This document shows positions 25,387 to 38,120 of a stretch of 64,000 nt of DNA, one piece after another. Origin of the DNA: Yuukianura sp. NJ FZ-2021 (Eukaryota); assembly GCA_046563655.1 (NCBI GenBank), contig CM102285.1:6944001-7008000 (forward strand), written 5' to 3'. The notes under the pieces are model-generated. The model was not told the DNA's origin and ran no database searches. It saw only the letters and a list, made by a program, of their open reading frames with translations. The number at the start of each line of letters is the position of its first letter. Position 1 is the first letter of the stretch. The position numbers and the translations under genes were made by a program.

Positions 25387-27080
25387 TTAGGAATTTTACT
25401 TGTGTATCTTTTGGAAGTAACACAGGAGAACCCAGCGGCGTGCCAAAATCTGTTAGGTTGCGACGTTGTGGTTGACCCTCAGTCGGCGTGGGGTAGAGGT
25501 CAAAGGTCAATCTACTTAAAAGTACCATCCCAAACCACGTTCTAACTGCAATAGATTCAATTTTTTGTTCCTGTGTTTATTGAATAAACCGTTGACGGAA
25601 AGCTTAAAAGGACTACACTTTGCCATAAGATAAATTAATATGCCACGAACTCTGTAGCTTCCAGAACCCAAATTTTATTAAAATAAAAAGAAAATTTTTA
25701 TTTCGATGCTATTGTTTCAATTTCCTATTGCTTTTCCCAACCAAGTAAAAACAACTGATGTTTTTTGCTGCACTTCTTTTACTTTTGTAACTTTTCTACT
25801 TCACACGAACTGTGTTTGTGTTAACAACTCTAAAACCCATCAACTTGAAATTAGCAAAATTGACGGCGTTGTTGGGGAGTGTCACAAGAAACTTGAAAGG
25901 GGTTTAGGAACCTACTTGCTAATTGATTCTAGACACGCAACTTACTATAATGCTACGTGGAAATATTTGGGTGTGGTGTGTTTGTTGGGAAACGAAAAGC
26001 AAAATTGTGTAAAACAGGCGGGAAACAACAAATAGGAAACTTGCCGTTCTTTGTTCATTGTTCAAACAAGATTTCCATGTTTTTGATAAAATGAAACATG
26101 GGGAAACGTGTAAAGAAACATCTCTACTTTCGAATTTTTGGACATGGGCGTTAGTTAATTTAACACTCCACCCCTCCTAATACCTGACAAAGTTTAACTC
26201 TATTTTTATAAAAGAACTTGCTCGACGTAGGAAGCTCTTTAAAAGTCATGTCTAAAAATTGAGATTATTTAAAAAACAAGTAAAATTTTTAATTCATGTT
26301 AGTTCCTAGCTTAACTCGGTCCGTCAGTGGTCGATAGGCAAAAAATGCCAGGAAATGACATAACGTCAACATGAATTTTCGGTCATTTCGCGTTAGTGAT
26401 GCTGAGTGGCGAAGAACCATGTAGGTGCCAAAAAATGGTTCAGAGTTTTTCATGAAACCCTCTGCGTGCCTTGGAATCATAAAGCTGAACATGGATGAAT
26501 CTTGGCCTGTCTCATGGATGAATCTCAACTGTGTAATTCTCAACTAGAGTAGTGCTCTCAACTATATAACCCTAACCTAACCCTAGCCTAACCCTAACCA
26601 ATATAACCTACCACACAACCTGGAAGGGCATCCAGAACTTCGTGCAATGATTACATCCCAAATGAGGATTGAAAGTGGAAGTTTTGGTGAGAGTAGCAGA
26701 AAATGGAGGGGATAGCGGACTCTGTGTGTTATGAGACATGACTTGATTTACGGTCTGTGCTTTCACTTTTCACTTCCGCTTTAGTAGCACAAAGCACACC
26801 GTTCAAAATACATCTCCTTCTGCATTTACATTGCTCCGTTCCATGGCAAATTCGCAAACACCAGGAGCATAAGAGAGTAAAAGGAATTACTCTCTTATGT
26901 TCCTGGTGCAATAGGAAAATCCATGAACATCTGTTTGCTGAACTGCTGAAAACCGTATGTGTTCATTTGACGAGTATTGCTAATCAAGTATAAACGAGTG
27001 AAAATGTGGGGCTCCGGAGGGAAGATCTACTCTACGAGTAGGTGTAATGTCTGCAGAATACGTAAACTTTCAATCAAAAT

Positions 27081-29037
27081 AAACCGGTTGTAAACCGCAC
27101 ATAAAACAGTAGCTTTAGCAATTGGCAATTGGGTGGTTTTTAAAAAGCAACTCAATGTTTACCGCCCCCTCCGGGACTGGATACCCCCAGCCCCCCCCCC
27201 TCCCGGGGGAGTGGGGGTAAGTTCAAACAAAGAGATGGAGAGGTGGCTCCGGGTGAAGAAACAACTACGGAAGCGTAAAAGGGCCAGCTCGCTTCCCAGT
27301 TCTCACTTCCCAATACTCGGTACTCGATTCCCAGTACGCGGTTCCCACTACTCGGTGCTCGGTGCGCGGTTCCCACTACCCAGTGCTCGGTGCACGGTAC
27401 TCGATGCCCAGTGCGCGGTTCCCACTACTGGGAATAGAAGAAGCTTCCATTCCCATTTTCGGAAAAGCAGCTTCTTACATTCCGGGAGAAGAAGAATGTT
27501 CACTTCCCGTTTTGGGAAAAGAAGAAACTTCTATTCCGGGAAAAGAAGAATGTGCAACTCCCATTTTGGGAAAAGAAGAAACTTCATTTCCCATTTTGGG
27601 AATAGAAGAAATTTCCTTTCCCATTTTCTTTCATTGTGGATGATCTTCAAGGTATCAACAGTAATACTAATTGTTAAAATTGTCGTAAACAGTTTAGTCG
27701 TAACTACGAAAACGTGGTAAATGCAAATGAGCGTCAAAATTTAGAAACCCAGTAGCAAATACAACATGCCGGCATGTTGTATCCAACTGTTGACCATTTA
27801 AGCCCGTCATGTTTTTGAATAATGATTGGAACTTATTCTTTCAATCCATCTGGGCTTTTACCTTTAGCAAAATTAAACTTAAATAAAACTGTAAAGTAAA
27901 TGTAAAAATAAATAAATAATTAAAAGTAAAAAGTAAAAATAAAAATAAATTAAAGTAAATTAAAGTAAAAACTGAATTAGTTTTAATTTAATGATTAGAT
28001 GGAGTAGTAATTACAAAGGCGTAAAAGGTACGTCGAGAAATTGATTTTGAGATGAAAAAAACTGGAATGGAAGATTCTCCTTTTCCCACAGCCGGAATCG
28101 AAACTCTTCCAATTCCAAAAACGAAAAATGGGAAGCGAAGATTCTTCTTTTCCCGGAATAGAAGTTTCTTCTTTTCCCAAAATGGGAAATGAAGTTTCTT
28201 CTTTTCCCAAAATGGGAGTTGCACATTCTTCTTTTCCCGGAATAGAAGTTTCTTCTTTTCCCAAAACGGGAAGTGAACATTTTTCTTCTCCCGGAATGGA
28301 AGAAGCTGCTTTTCCGAAAATGGGAATGGAAGCTTCTTCTATTCCCAGTAGTGGGAACCGCGCACTGGGCATCGAGTACCGCGCACCGAGCACTGGGTAG
28401 TGGGAACCGAGCACCGATCACCGGGTAGCGGGGACCGCGCAGTGAAACTCCAATGTATTCCTTATGGAGGAGCCGATCGAGAAGTGATTTGGCCCTTTTA
28501 CGCTTCCGTAAACAACAGATGAATTGGAGGGACACTGGACACAGTGCATGAGTGTGTGTTTGTCAACTGCGTAGTTGATTTTTTGCTAAGCAGAGAACCA
28601 ACTCCCATGCCATTTACCTTTCCAGTCCCACAAGCAGAGTTTTTTCTACACACACTTCCTCCATCTACAATTCACTTGACCTTTGAAATTGATTTTGACC
28701 CGGAAGGAGGTCACTAACTGGAACGATTTTGCAAACTTGATCTCACCCGGGTCATGAGCTGTTCATTGGTGAAAACCCGAACGAAATTGGACCAGTAGTT
28801 TGCTAGATAATTGTTCTAATGTTTTCACCATTTTACAATGGTGAGCCCTAGGCCAAGACGGAAAACGCGATGACGGACAGGCTTTTCTTATGGGGCAAGA
28901 CGGAAAACGCGATGACAGTGCTTCCGCCTATGCCAAGACGGAGAACGCGATGACGGACCGGCTTTCCTTATGGGGACAAGACGGAAAACGCGATGACGGA
29001 CAAAAACACTTTTATAAAGTAGCTAAAGCTACTTAAT
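27081..29037 (-). mobile_element. Helentron/DINE-like element related to family A, inserted in the left TIR of the host element
   Basis: Minus-strand 5' end ATTAAGTAGCTTTAGCTACTTT, then GTCCGTCATCGCGTTTTCCGTCTTG repeats, a 3' subTIR GCTAAAGCTACT and hairpin CGGTTTACAACCG. Removing it restores CAATCAAAATAATGATTG, as seen in the right TIR. Confidence 0.75.
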
Positions 29038-29341
29038 AATGATTGACAGGTAGGGGTTTTGCATTTGACTAGAGTTAGGTTAGGGTAATTAAAAAAAACA
29101 GTTAATAAATTAATTAGTTGATTCGATTAATTGCCCCCTCCCCATAATTAATTCCCCCCCCCCCATTAACCCCTCCCCCAATTCTCCCCCCCCCCCCCGC
29201 CTGACTAATTAACCACCCCCTTAACCTTCCCCACCCAGACGAATTCACAAATCCCCCCACCATTAATAAACTACCCATCCCCCAACTTCGTGAAGTGGGT
29301 TATCAGTTAAGTGCGGGGTAGAAAAGTTAACTGTGGGGGTG

Positions 29342-29774
29342 CACAGTGGGGCCGATTGCTTCAAACAACGACAAGCGTTTCGGGGGAAACAAATTGATTG
29401 TTAGAAAATACACAATTATGGAGACAAAACAGTCGCTAAATTATCGACATAGCAACCGATAGTACAGCGCGATTTCAGTTTTTATGATTGACGAACTGGT
29501 TTTCCCCTCATAGACGCAATTTTTCACCAACTTCAAAAATCAGTTAAAAATACTAAATTAGCAAAGTGGCAAGAAGTGGCACTCGGACTTGGTACGTGAT
29601 GCTGTCTAGTTTTTATTACGATATTCAGGTTATCTGTAGGTAATGGACATTTTTGGACGATTTGATTTTTGTAAATCCTGATTTTGGCATTCATTTTTAA
29701 TGTAATTTCTAAAAATCAACTTAACGTTTCCATTGACAACCGTGGCGCCTGTTTGAAGCAACGGCCCCACTGTG
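29342..29774. mobile_element. Transib-like MITE
   Basis: TIR CACAGTGGGGCCG(A)TTGCTTCAAACA at both ends, with a perfect 5-bp TSD GGGTG (29337-29341 and 29775-29779). Confidence 0.8.
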
Positions 29775-29801
29775 GGGTGGTTTAAATTAGGTCGGCGTGT
29801 A

Positions 29802-30209
29802 CAGAGGCTTTTTTAAGTACTGCCTATTGTCTCAAGAATGTTGAGCGTGACGCTTCTGGGTTTTATGAAACTTTACTCCTCCCCCGCGAGTTTTGCGCAA
29901 AAACAAGGCATAACAAAAGGGAGAAAGGATTTAAATTTCAGATGAAAAATATTTTTAACTTAAAAAATAGCTCAGATGTAATTAATAGTAATTAAGATTA
30001 ATATATAATTAATAATATAATTAAGATAGTTTCAACTGATAGTTTTAAAGCTTTGTTTTTCTGCTTAATTTGGGATCTGCCACAGTTAGTCAGCAAAGAA
30101 CCGCGCAATTTCTGGAGGGAAAAGAGAAGTTGAGTTTTCTCCCAAAAGGTGGCTACTTTACCTTAGCGCTATAGGCATGACCTTGGGACAGTACTTAAAA
30201 AAGCCTCTG
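29802..30209. mobile_element. Tc1/mariner-type MITE
   Basis: ta|CAGAGGCTTTTTTAAGTACTG ... CAGTACTTAAAAAAGCCTCTG|ta: perfect 21-bp TIR with TA flanks. Confidence 0.8.
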
Positions 30210-31755
30210 TATGTTAATTCGAGGGGGTTGTGGGTTGTGTGTAAACTGGCTTCCCGAGTGTCGGGGAGGGTTGGTGTCGAATTGACATTGGGCTCTGGAG
30301 AAAGGTGAGCGTGGAAGGAATTGTGGGGTGCTTGGCTGTGTCTCTTTTCTACAATTCGGACTACTGGTGGGCCCCTAGTTGCTCTCCCCTTCAATTTTGG
30401 TTCTTAAAAGTAGCTTGGTGGGATGATTTGTGAATTCGTTTGGGTGGGGGGGGGGGTTAAGGAGGTGGTTAATCAGTCGGGCGGGTGGGGGGTGGGAATT
30501 GGGGGAGGGATTAATTTGCAAGGGGGTTAATGGGAGGAGGGTTAATTATGGGGGGGGGGCAATTAATCGAATCAACTAATTAATTTATTAACTGTTTTTT
30601 TTAATTACCCTAACCTAACCCTAGTCCAATGCAAAACCCCAACCTGTCAATCATTATTTTGATTGACAGTTTACGTATTCTGCAGACATTGTACCTACTT
30701 CTACGTTCTCCGCTTTTTTCTACACATGAAAGTCTTACACATGGGCTGCCCCACTTCAAAAAATTTGTCTCAACGCAAACGAAGAGTCAAAAAATTTGCA
30801 ATGAATAATTGAGCAAGGCTCTGTTTAGAATTGAGATTAATCACAAATAACTCTCAGATCAGAGGTGAAATTGGTGAACTGGTCTCAACGCACGACTTAT
30901 AATTTCGAGGTGGAAGAATGAGGTGTAAGTTAGTTATGACTACATATTTCGAAATACTTTTTTTTAGGTTAGTACGGTAGGAAGACTTTCCACCTTGTTA
31001 AAGGGTTAAAAATTTTAAACTGAAACTTTTAGAGAGTTCAGATGAAAAGCCAGCATGCAGAGGAATGAAAGTTTTCATTTTTAGGAAAATGAGAACCAGG
31101 AAGCGGTTTTTCTTTTTTAGATTTCTTTTTTCGAAAAGTGGGAAACTCGACAAGCCCATTTCTCAACAGCTTCACTAAATAAAAAAGACAGTGGGACAGG
31201 CACAGTTGGAGAAAAGTTTACTTTCCCTCGATCTTGACTCCTCTGTTCTCACAGAAAAATAAGGTAAATTCATTCCTGCTTCCTGTTGCTCGACAATACG
31301 GAAACATTATTTCCAACAACGCAAGCTACACACGACGAAAGTTGTAACATTAGAATTCAAAAGAAAAAAAGTTCAAAGTTAAAAACGGTTTTTTACTGCG
31401 GATTCTGGAACTCGTCCTGTTTTGTCATGATGAGTGCACAGGGATTTCATTATCTTGAGGAAATCTGCTGTCGAACGTTTTCATTTTCCAAAAGAAGCAG
31501 ACAAGAAGCGCTCCTAATTTTTTTTTCATTTTTTATGCCATATATTCAATATGGTAAATATATGCCTCCATTGCGATTCTCAACTTTACAGACAAAATGT
31601 CATCGGGATTGATTTCCGCAGGGTAAAGAGGGGAAGCACTAAAATTCCCGTAATATATTCCCAGCGTAGTATTAGTAATTCTAAGCTGGAAATTAGGAAT
31701 AAATTAGATGCTTTCTCCCGTTTTAAGAAAAAGTCCGTTTTTATAAAAAGAATGT

Positions 31756-32200
31756 GGTCCAAGGCCCGTAGGCCGGGAGGACTAGAGCTTTGGCTCTAAC
31801 ACCTTGGACGGGCGCGGGTTCGAGTCCCGCCGTCGCCGACACGAAAGTCGTTTTCCAGAAATGGGTTTCCCACTTTCCTAGCCCAGATGGGGTGTTCGGA
31901 TGATAGGTCAGTTTGGGGGGTTGTGGGTGCGTGTGAAGAGGTCAGTAGTTGCAGTTATGGAGGGGGGTCGTGGGCCGGTATGCGTACGATGCTATTCCTG
32001 TCACTTGCCTGGAGCTGTGATAGGTAGTAGGGCCCTAGCCCGTTCAGCTCTAGCAGAAAGCCTTTCGTCCTTCCCTCAGAACCTCTTTCCAACTATCTGA
32101 CTAACCACCGCCCCACCCCATAGGACCTCAACCCAACCCAGAAATTCCCTAACCCTTGTTGATAGAGCATATGCTAAAGTCAATAAACCTTACAAAAAAA
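31756..32200 (+). mobile_element. tRNA-derived SINE
   Basis: A-box-like TAGGCCGGGAGG and B box GGTTCGAGTCC within a T-arm (GCGGGTTCGAGTCCCGC); 3' AATAAA plus an A tract; 13-bp TSD ATAAA(A/T)AGAATGT at 31743-31755 and 32201-32213. Confidence 0.75.
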
Positions 32201-33827
32201 ATAAATAGAATGTAAAGCAGGGGACGCTTATTATCTATATTCTAATAACGTACTCTGTTTTTTGCCGTAGAGTCTTAGGATTCAAATTTACTGTACACAA
32301 CCATAAGCATTCTGCCGTGACGGACTTTGAAAAAAAGGCATGATGCCAGCGCTAAAGGGAATATTGCTTTCTCTTTTATTTCATTCTCCAAACATTTTGA
32401 ACGTAAGGGACACTCACTACTACTTTCTAGCAAAAAACTAAGTTGCATCCTAAACACTTTTTTATCCTAGAAAATGACAACCTTAAAAAGAAGAAAAGAA
32501 ATGAAAGAAACTTTCCTGCATTTTTGATTTCTCTGGGGAAAGCATGTTTTGTCCCTTCACTCTTTTCTACTCCTTCGTCTTCGTCATTTCTAATCCCATC
32601 TTAAAGTTTGCATGTTTATTTTTCTGGAGTGGGAATAATTTTGGAAGTATCAGGTCAAATTCAACTGGAAAGTTCAATTTCCTACCCGCAAAGAGTTCCT
32701 TTTCAAAAGTCCCGAACAAACGCAAAGGACAAATACTTCCCCAAAGCACTGCAGACTCGTCTCGTTAAAATTTGCAAACGTTAATTACCAAATTAAACCA
32801 ATTAGCCTTACTTAGCTCAAAACAAAGTTTACCAAATCCAAATTGTACAATCGGACTTCAAGTCCCGTCAACTTCCTAAAACACACTCTTATGTATTAGC
32901 GTCTTTCCAAAATACAGAAAAGCAAAAAGAAGGGAGGACGCACGAAATGACCTGAGCAAGACGCTAACCTTGGCTCCCTATCTGACCCCACTCAAGGCTA
33001 TACACAAGTACAACATAGGCAAACTCAATCTTCAAAACAGCCACACAAATTGCCTACGAGGGATATCTAAGGAAACTGCCTTAAACGCTTACACAAAATC
33101 CCTGGAATATGAGAACGTTATAGACATTTCGGGATATTCTAGTTTTCCGATAAACCCAAAATTCAAAAATAGAGACACATCTTAAATCTTAAAATAATAA
33201 AATCCTTAACTATTCAACAATTAATGTCAATTTGGAAAAAGGTGAATAAAACGGTCAGTGTATGAGGAGGAAGCACTCTAGATGTGAAGGTGTTTAGCAA
33301 TACTAATACTACAAATAAGCGATTAAACCAACATAAGCAATATGGCGCAAAAATTTGGTGGGGTGAAATGGGAGTGTTTGGGTTTGGGATGAAATTTCTG
33401 CAAATTGGAAGTCATACCGTTGGTAATTTGTCGATACATTTTTTGAAGTAGCGACGTTACCAGCAAGAACTAGAAGAAAAGGGAGACGTAAATGGGAGTT
33501 TCATGTTTAGGAGGGGCAGTTCTTTTGGGTTAGAAAGGATGATGAGGGTTATAAATTTTGTGGAAATGGTTTCTAGGTGGACTGGTCAAATGTACTTTGC
33601 CCTTGTTCAGTTAGTGTAATACTAAATGCTTTCACTGCTTTCTCCTTCTCTTTCCGCTCATAAAGTGAAAACAGTTTTTCTAGAAAGAACTTATAAATGC
33701 CGTTCGTTTTCATTACCTAAAATTTCGATAGAAAAAATCACCGTAGAATTAAAGCGCTCCTCAAAAGCACCCATAAATTCATCTGCAAATAGCTTGAAAA
33801 TCAGTTTATTATTGAAATTTCTTACTT

Positions 33828-36800
33828 GTTTAGTTTAGTTTAGTTTATTCTGAAGGCACTCTGTGTAAACAGGCAATTACACCTCAGTCAATTACATCAG
33901 GCGAGTTTTAAATAAAAATTAAAGTTAAAATTAAAATTAAAAGGATTTACTAGCAGCAATGTAAGTGCCATTCCTTGTGGACATAGTGTTGCTCAGTCAC
34001 GCAAGTACTTCTGAGATAAGCGGTTGAAAATACGGAATGTTGTATCCAAAAATTTTAGAGAAAGTTAGAAGGTGTTCTAATTTGTTGAGTTGGGACGGAA
34101 TTAGCCACTTTAGATCCTCAGTAATCTTCACGCTTACGGGTTCCCTTTTATTTATTTGAAAAATAAAGCGTGCGCATCTTCTGTGAAGGGCGTCGATGCA
34201 TCTAAATTGTGATGACTTACAATTTGACCAAATGATGAGCATGTAGTGAAGAACTGGAGTTACGTAAGAACTGATCATCCCTTTCCTATGTTTTTGATTC
34301 AAAAGATGCTGAATTGGGTATAATGACCACAGTACACTATTGCACTTTGTTACCAGAGTGACGATATGTTCACACCAGGATAACGTGTTGTCTATTGTTA
34401 GGCCAAGGGACTCTAAAGAGGTTACACTTTCGATGATTGAGTCACGGATTCTGAGATGTATGGATCCAATTTTCTTAATTATTGTTTCTTTACCAGCCAG
34501 CATTATTTTAGTTTTTTCCATGTTGATGGCCACGTGGTTGCAATGCATCCAATCGTCGATTTGATAAATTAGACTTTCAGCTCGTTGTATTAAGAAGCTA
34601 ATTTTGTCAGGATGATCACCCATCACAATGTTGTTATCGTCGGCGTATTGGATTGCTGAGCCGTCAACCAGAGAGTCCATTAAGTTGTTCTTCATAATTG
34701 CGAAAAGGAGTGGGCCAAGCACTGAACCTTGGGGAACAGACAGAATCGCTTGTGATGTAGATGAATATTGATCATTAATTTTTACACTTTGCGCCCGGTT
34801 GCATAGGTAGGATTCAAACCATTATGTGTTAATGTTGTACCATTTCAAATTGTCAGTTAAAATTCCTTTGTCCACTGTATTGAACGCTTTTTTTAGGTCC
34901 AGGGAGATCACCAAACACACCTCACCCCGATGCACATGTGAGTAGATTAATTGTGTGAGCGGAAGCTGAGCCATTGTGGTAGAGTAATGTTCCCGGAATC
35001 CGAATTGTGCGCGGTGTAGGATAGAGTTAGTAAGACAACTTATTTAGGAATTCAGTTAGTTGTACGTGAGCAAATTTTTCCATCAGTTTTGCTAATGTAG
35101 GTTGAAGGGAAATTGGACGAGTTTCTGACGGATGGGCTGAGACTTTTGGTTGTGGTATAACAATTGAGTGTTTTGGGTTACACGGGAATACACCAGAAGA
35201 GAAGCTGTCGTTGATTATCTTCATTACTTGATTCCTAATGGAAGGAGCACCGACACTGTGGGCTAGGATCCAATTGGAAATTCCAAATTGGTCTTTACTT
35301 TTTGAATATATGTTTTTGACCCATTTCCAGATTTTTGAAAATGTGAACGCATCGATTGGTTTTAAGTTGAACTGCTCAGACGGCGTAATGGTGGATGTTG
35401 GCTGTCGTTGATACCGAGTAGAAACAGTTTGAGGTGTCGTAATCGACGTGTAGTAGTCGTTGATTTGATCCAAATTAAGAGCGAGTTGTCCAATCATGGA
35501 TTTTTCTTTCGGCTTAATTTTCTGAATTGCTTTAAATGGACCTAGTTTCCCGATATCAAGATTTAAAGCGTTTCTTTTCGGGTTACTGCAGTTTTGATTT
35601 TCTTTTTAAGAAAATGCAATTGGTTCTTCTGTACATCGGATTTGGGATTGCTTTTTAGAAGTTGATCACGGGTTGTAATTAACTTTTTCGTTTCATCTAC
35701 TTATATAAAATCGAGACCCTGTTTATCTGTGTGTGTGTGTGTGTGTGTGTGTCTGTCCGGCTACTCCTCCGAAACTACTGAACCGATTTATACAAATGAG
35801 GTGTCATTCTCTTCGGGAGATCATCCCGAAGACCGTAGGCTATGTCACATCTTGACCTGTGACCTTTGACCTTTGACCCAGCGCAAGGACCTCATAAAAT
35901 CATACCAAACACAGGCAAGTGACATATCATTCGAAAGCAGAGGTCAAATGCAGTCGAATGATGTATAACAGATTGACCTGTGACCTTTGACCCTTGACCT
36001 AGCGCGGTGACCTTACAAAAAATCAAACCAAAAATAGGCATGTGATATATCATTCGAAAGGGGAAGTCCAATGGAGTCGATTTACGCATGACACGATGAC
36101 CTGTGACCTTTGACCCTTGACCAATCGCTGTGACCTCACATCTACTTATATAAAATCGAGACGCTGTTTATCTGTGCGTGTGTGGCTACTCCTCCGAAAC
36201 TACTAAACCGATTTGGACAAATGAGGTGTCATTTTTTTCGTAAGATCACCCCGAAGATCATAGGCTATGTGACATCCTGACCTGTGACCTTTAACGCTTG
36301 ACCTAGCGCATACTAATCATTACAAAATCATACTAATCACAACCTTCCCAGTGACATGCCATTCAAAAGCAGACGTCAAATGGAGTCGATTGAAGTATAA
36401 CACATTGACCTGTGACCTTTGACCCTTGACCCAGAGCGGTGACCTCATATAGAATTAAGCTGAATATAGGCATGTGATACGTTGTTCGAAAGGGGAGGTT
36501 CAAAGTCAGATGCAGTCGATTCATATATCACATTGACCTGTGACCTTTGATTTATGGCGGGGATCCTATAAGAAGTACACACAAACGTAGGCCTATGATA
36601 TATCATTCGAAAGAGGCGGTCAAACGGACTCGGTTTACATATGTCGCGTTAATTCTGTGACCTTTGGCACCAAAAAAAATTAAGTTCCACACTACATGTC
36701 TCTCTTCTACATGTTAAACATAAATTGGATTGACGGGTAGTTTTAAGGGATTTCCGCATGGGCAAAAGGTAGGGTATGATATTTTCATAAAAATAGTCCA

Positions 36801-38120
36801 AGCGGGTCAGAATGTATCTCAAATGGGTAGCGGGTTTCCAAAAGTGATACGTTTATCTATGTATGTTCGTATACACTACCACAAAAGCTAGCCCCGCTTT
36901 CACAAGCGGGTATCATACCTTGTCAGATATAGTGAGTACTGCGCTGCGAGGGAAGACGGAAAGCGTACTCACTTATACTGTTTCATCAAAGTTTCCAATC
37001 AGTTTTTTCATAAGTGTGAATACTTGTGAGTCTAGATTGCCATGTTCATCACTGAGTGAGGTAAAAATGTTTTTGAGACAAAATTCCTCATAATCGAAAT
37101 TTTTGTAATCGATGTATTTTACTTTCACTTTCGCCAGCTTCGGCTTTAATAGGTTCACTGATATTTGTACTGAGGCATGATCAGAAACTCCAGGACCAGA
37201 AATGGATAAGTTAGTGACAGCATCAGGAATACTTGTGAAAATTAGATCAAGTATGGAGTTGCCACGAATAGGTTCAGTCACTAGTTGATTGTAAATTTTT
37301 AAGATTAGGTTGAACTGTTTGCGGCAGTTGGATGGGATGTATGAAGAGTTTAAGTTAAAGTCACCAAGAACAAACCATTGTTTTTTTGGAGAGAGTTAAT
37401 ACCCCGAGCAACTCGGAAATAGAGTTCAAATCGTTGGTTATTAAGTCCGCACTGTAGTTGGGGATCCTGCAGGCACTACACACAATCACTGACTTGTTGT
37501 GGTCCATTTGTATAAACTGCAATTATCAATTCCAAGTTGCGGTTTGGTGTAGTGTTTAGTTCGTTTTGCTTGAATCGTAAAATCGATCTAATTATCATAC
37601 CTACGCCACCTTTGGCTTGCCAGTCACGCTCACGATCTAGATGGATGAATTTGTAGCCTTCTATGCTTCTGGGTGGATGATTAATGTTTAAGTGGGTTTC
37701 TGAAATGCAGAGGACGTCAGTATTGTACAAGTCCAAAAAACTTTTATTATGTCACACTTAGAGTTAAAACTGCAAACATTTAAAGCTGCAATTTTTAGTT
37801 GCTTGCGAGAAGATTTTGAATTGTAATTATTAGTGGCGCTAATTAGTCAATTTTGATTCTGATTCGGGTTACGGGTCATCGTAGCATAGGTTGGGTTGGG
37901 TGGTGAGCGACTGGTTAAATTGCTTCGGTTGAACACACTTTGCGTCATGGAGGGTGCATTGCTCTCACATGGTGATTGTGCAAGTAGAATTTTTTGGGCA
38001 AAAGAAATTAGGTGCCTGTTTTTCCGTACCGCGTTAGTTGAATTCAAAATTTTATTCTCTAAGCAAATTTTTTTTACTTTCTCCGGCACATCCGTCGATT
38101 TCGAGTCTAAAAATGCCAAT
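33828..38120 (-). mobile_element. Decayed APE-RT non-LTR retrotransposon (CR1/L2-like LINE)
   Basis: APE motifs LKIAALNV, LCISETHL, VLGDFN, LDLIF, SDH; RT motifs RPISL, VPQGSVLGPLLF, YADD (34636-34647), LGLTIDNTLSW; 3' tail AATAAAC(TAAAC)3. Multiple stops and frameshifts; the 5' boundary is uncertain. Confidence 0.85.
35696..36922 (+). mobile_element. Non-autonomous Helitron inserted in the LINE
   Basis: A|TCTACTTATATAAAA 5' end, (GT)n, internal repeats of about 120 bp (TGACCTGTGACCTTTGACC), 3' hairpin CCCGCTTTCACAAGCGGG, then CTTG|T. Removal restores the LINE reading LTISDETKKLITTRDQLL. Confidence 0.85.

Larger units (their letters stand above)
27037..30699. mobile_element. Non-autonomous long-TIR element with 6-bp TSD (Polinton/Maverick-like ends) carrying three nested insertions
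   Basis: TSD TCTACG at 27031-27036 and 30700-30705; termini AGTAGG...CCTACT. The right TIR (about 30416-30699) matches a left TIR split into 27037-27080 and 29038 to about 29262. Confidence 0.75.

Noticed and set aside
26566..26612. Telomere ((TTAGG)n / (TTAGGG)n-like)
   Set aside because: Only a few degenerate interstitial units; similar TAACC runs occur inside several MITEs in this window.
27133..28535. Overlapping 74-195 aa ORFs on both strands (GKEE, GKRR and PSARFP repeats)
   Set aside because: They are translations of the tandem and inverted repeats inside a non-autonomous element.
31756..31840. Functional tRNA gene
   Set aside because: A T-arm and B box are present, but I cannot build a convincing cloverleaf, and the sequence continues into a body with an A tail and TSD, which fits a SINE head.
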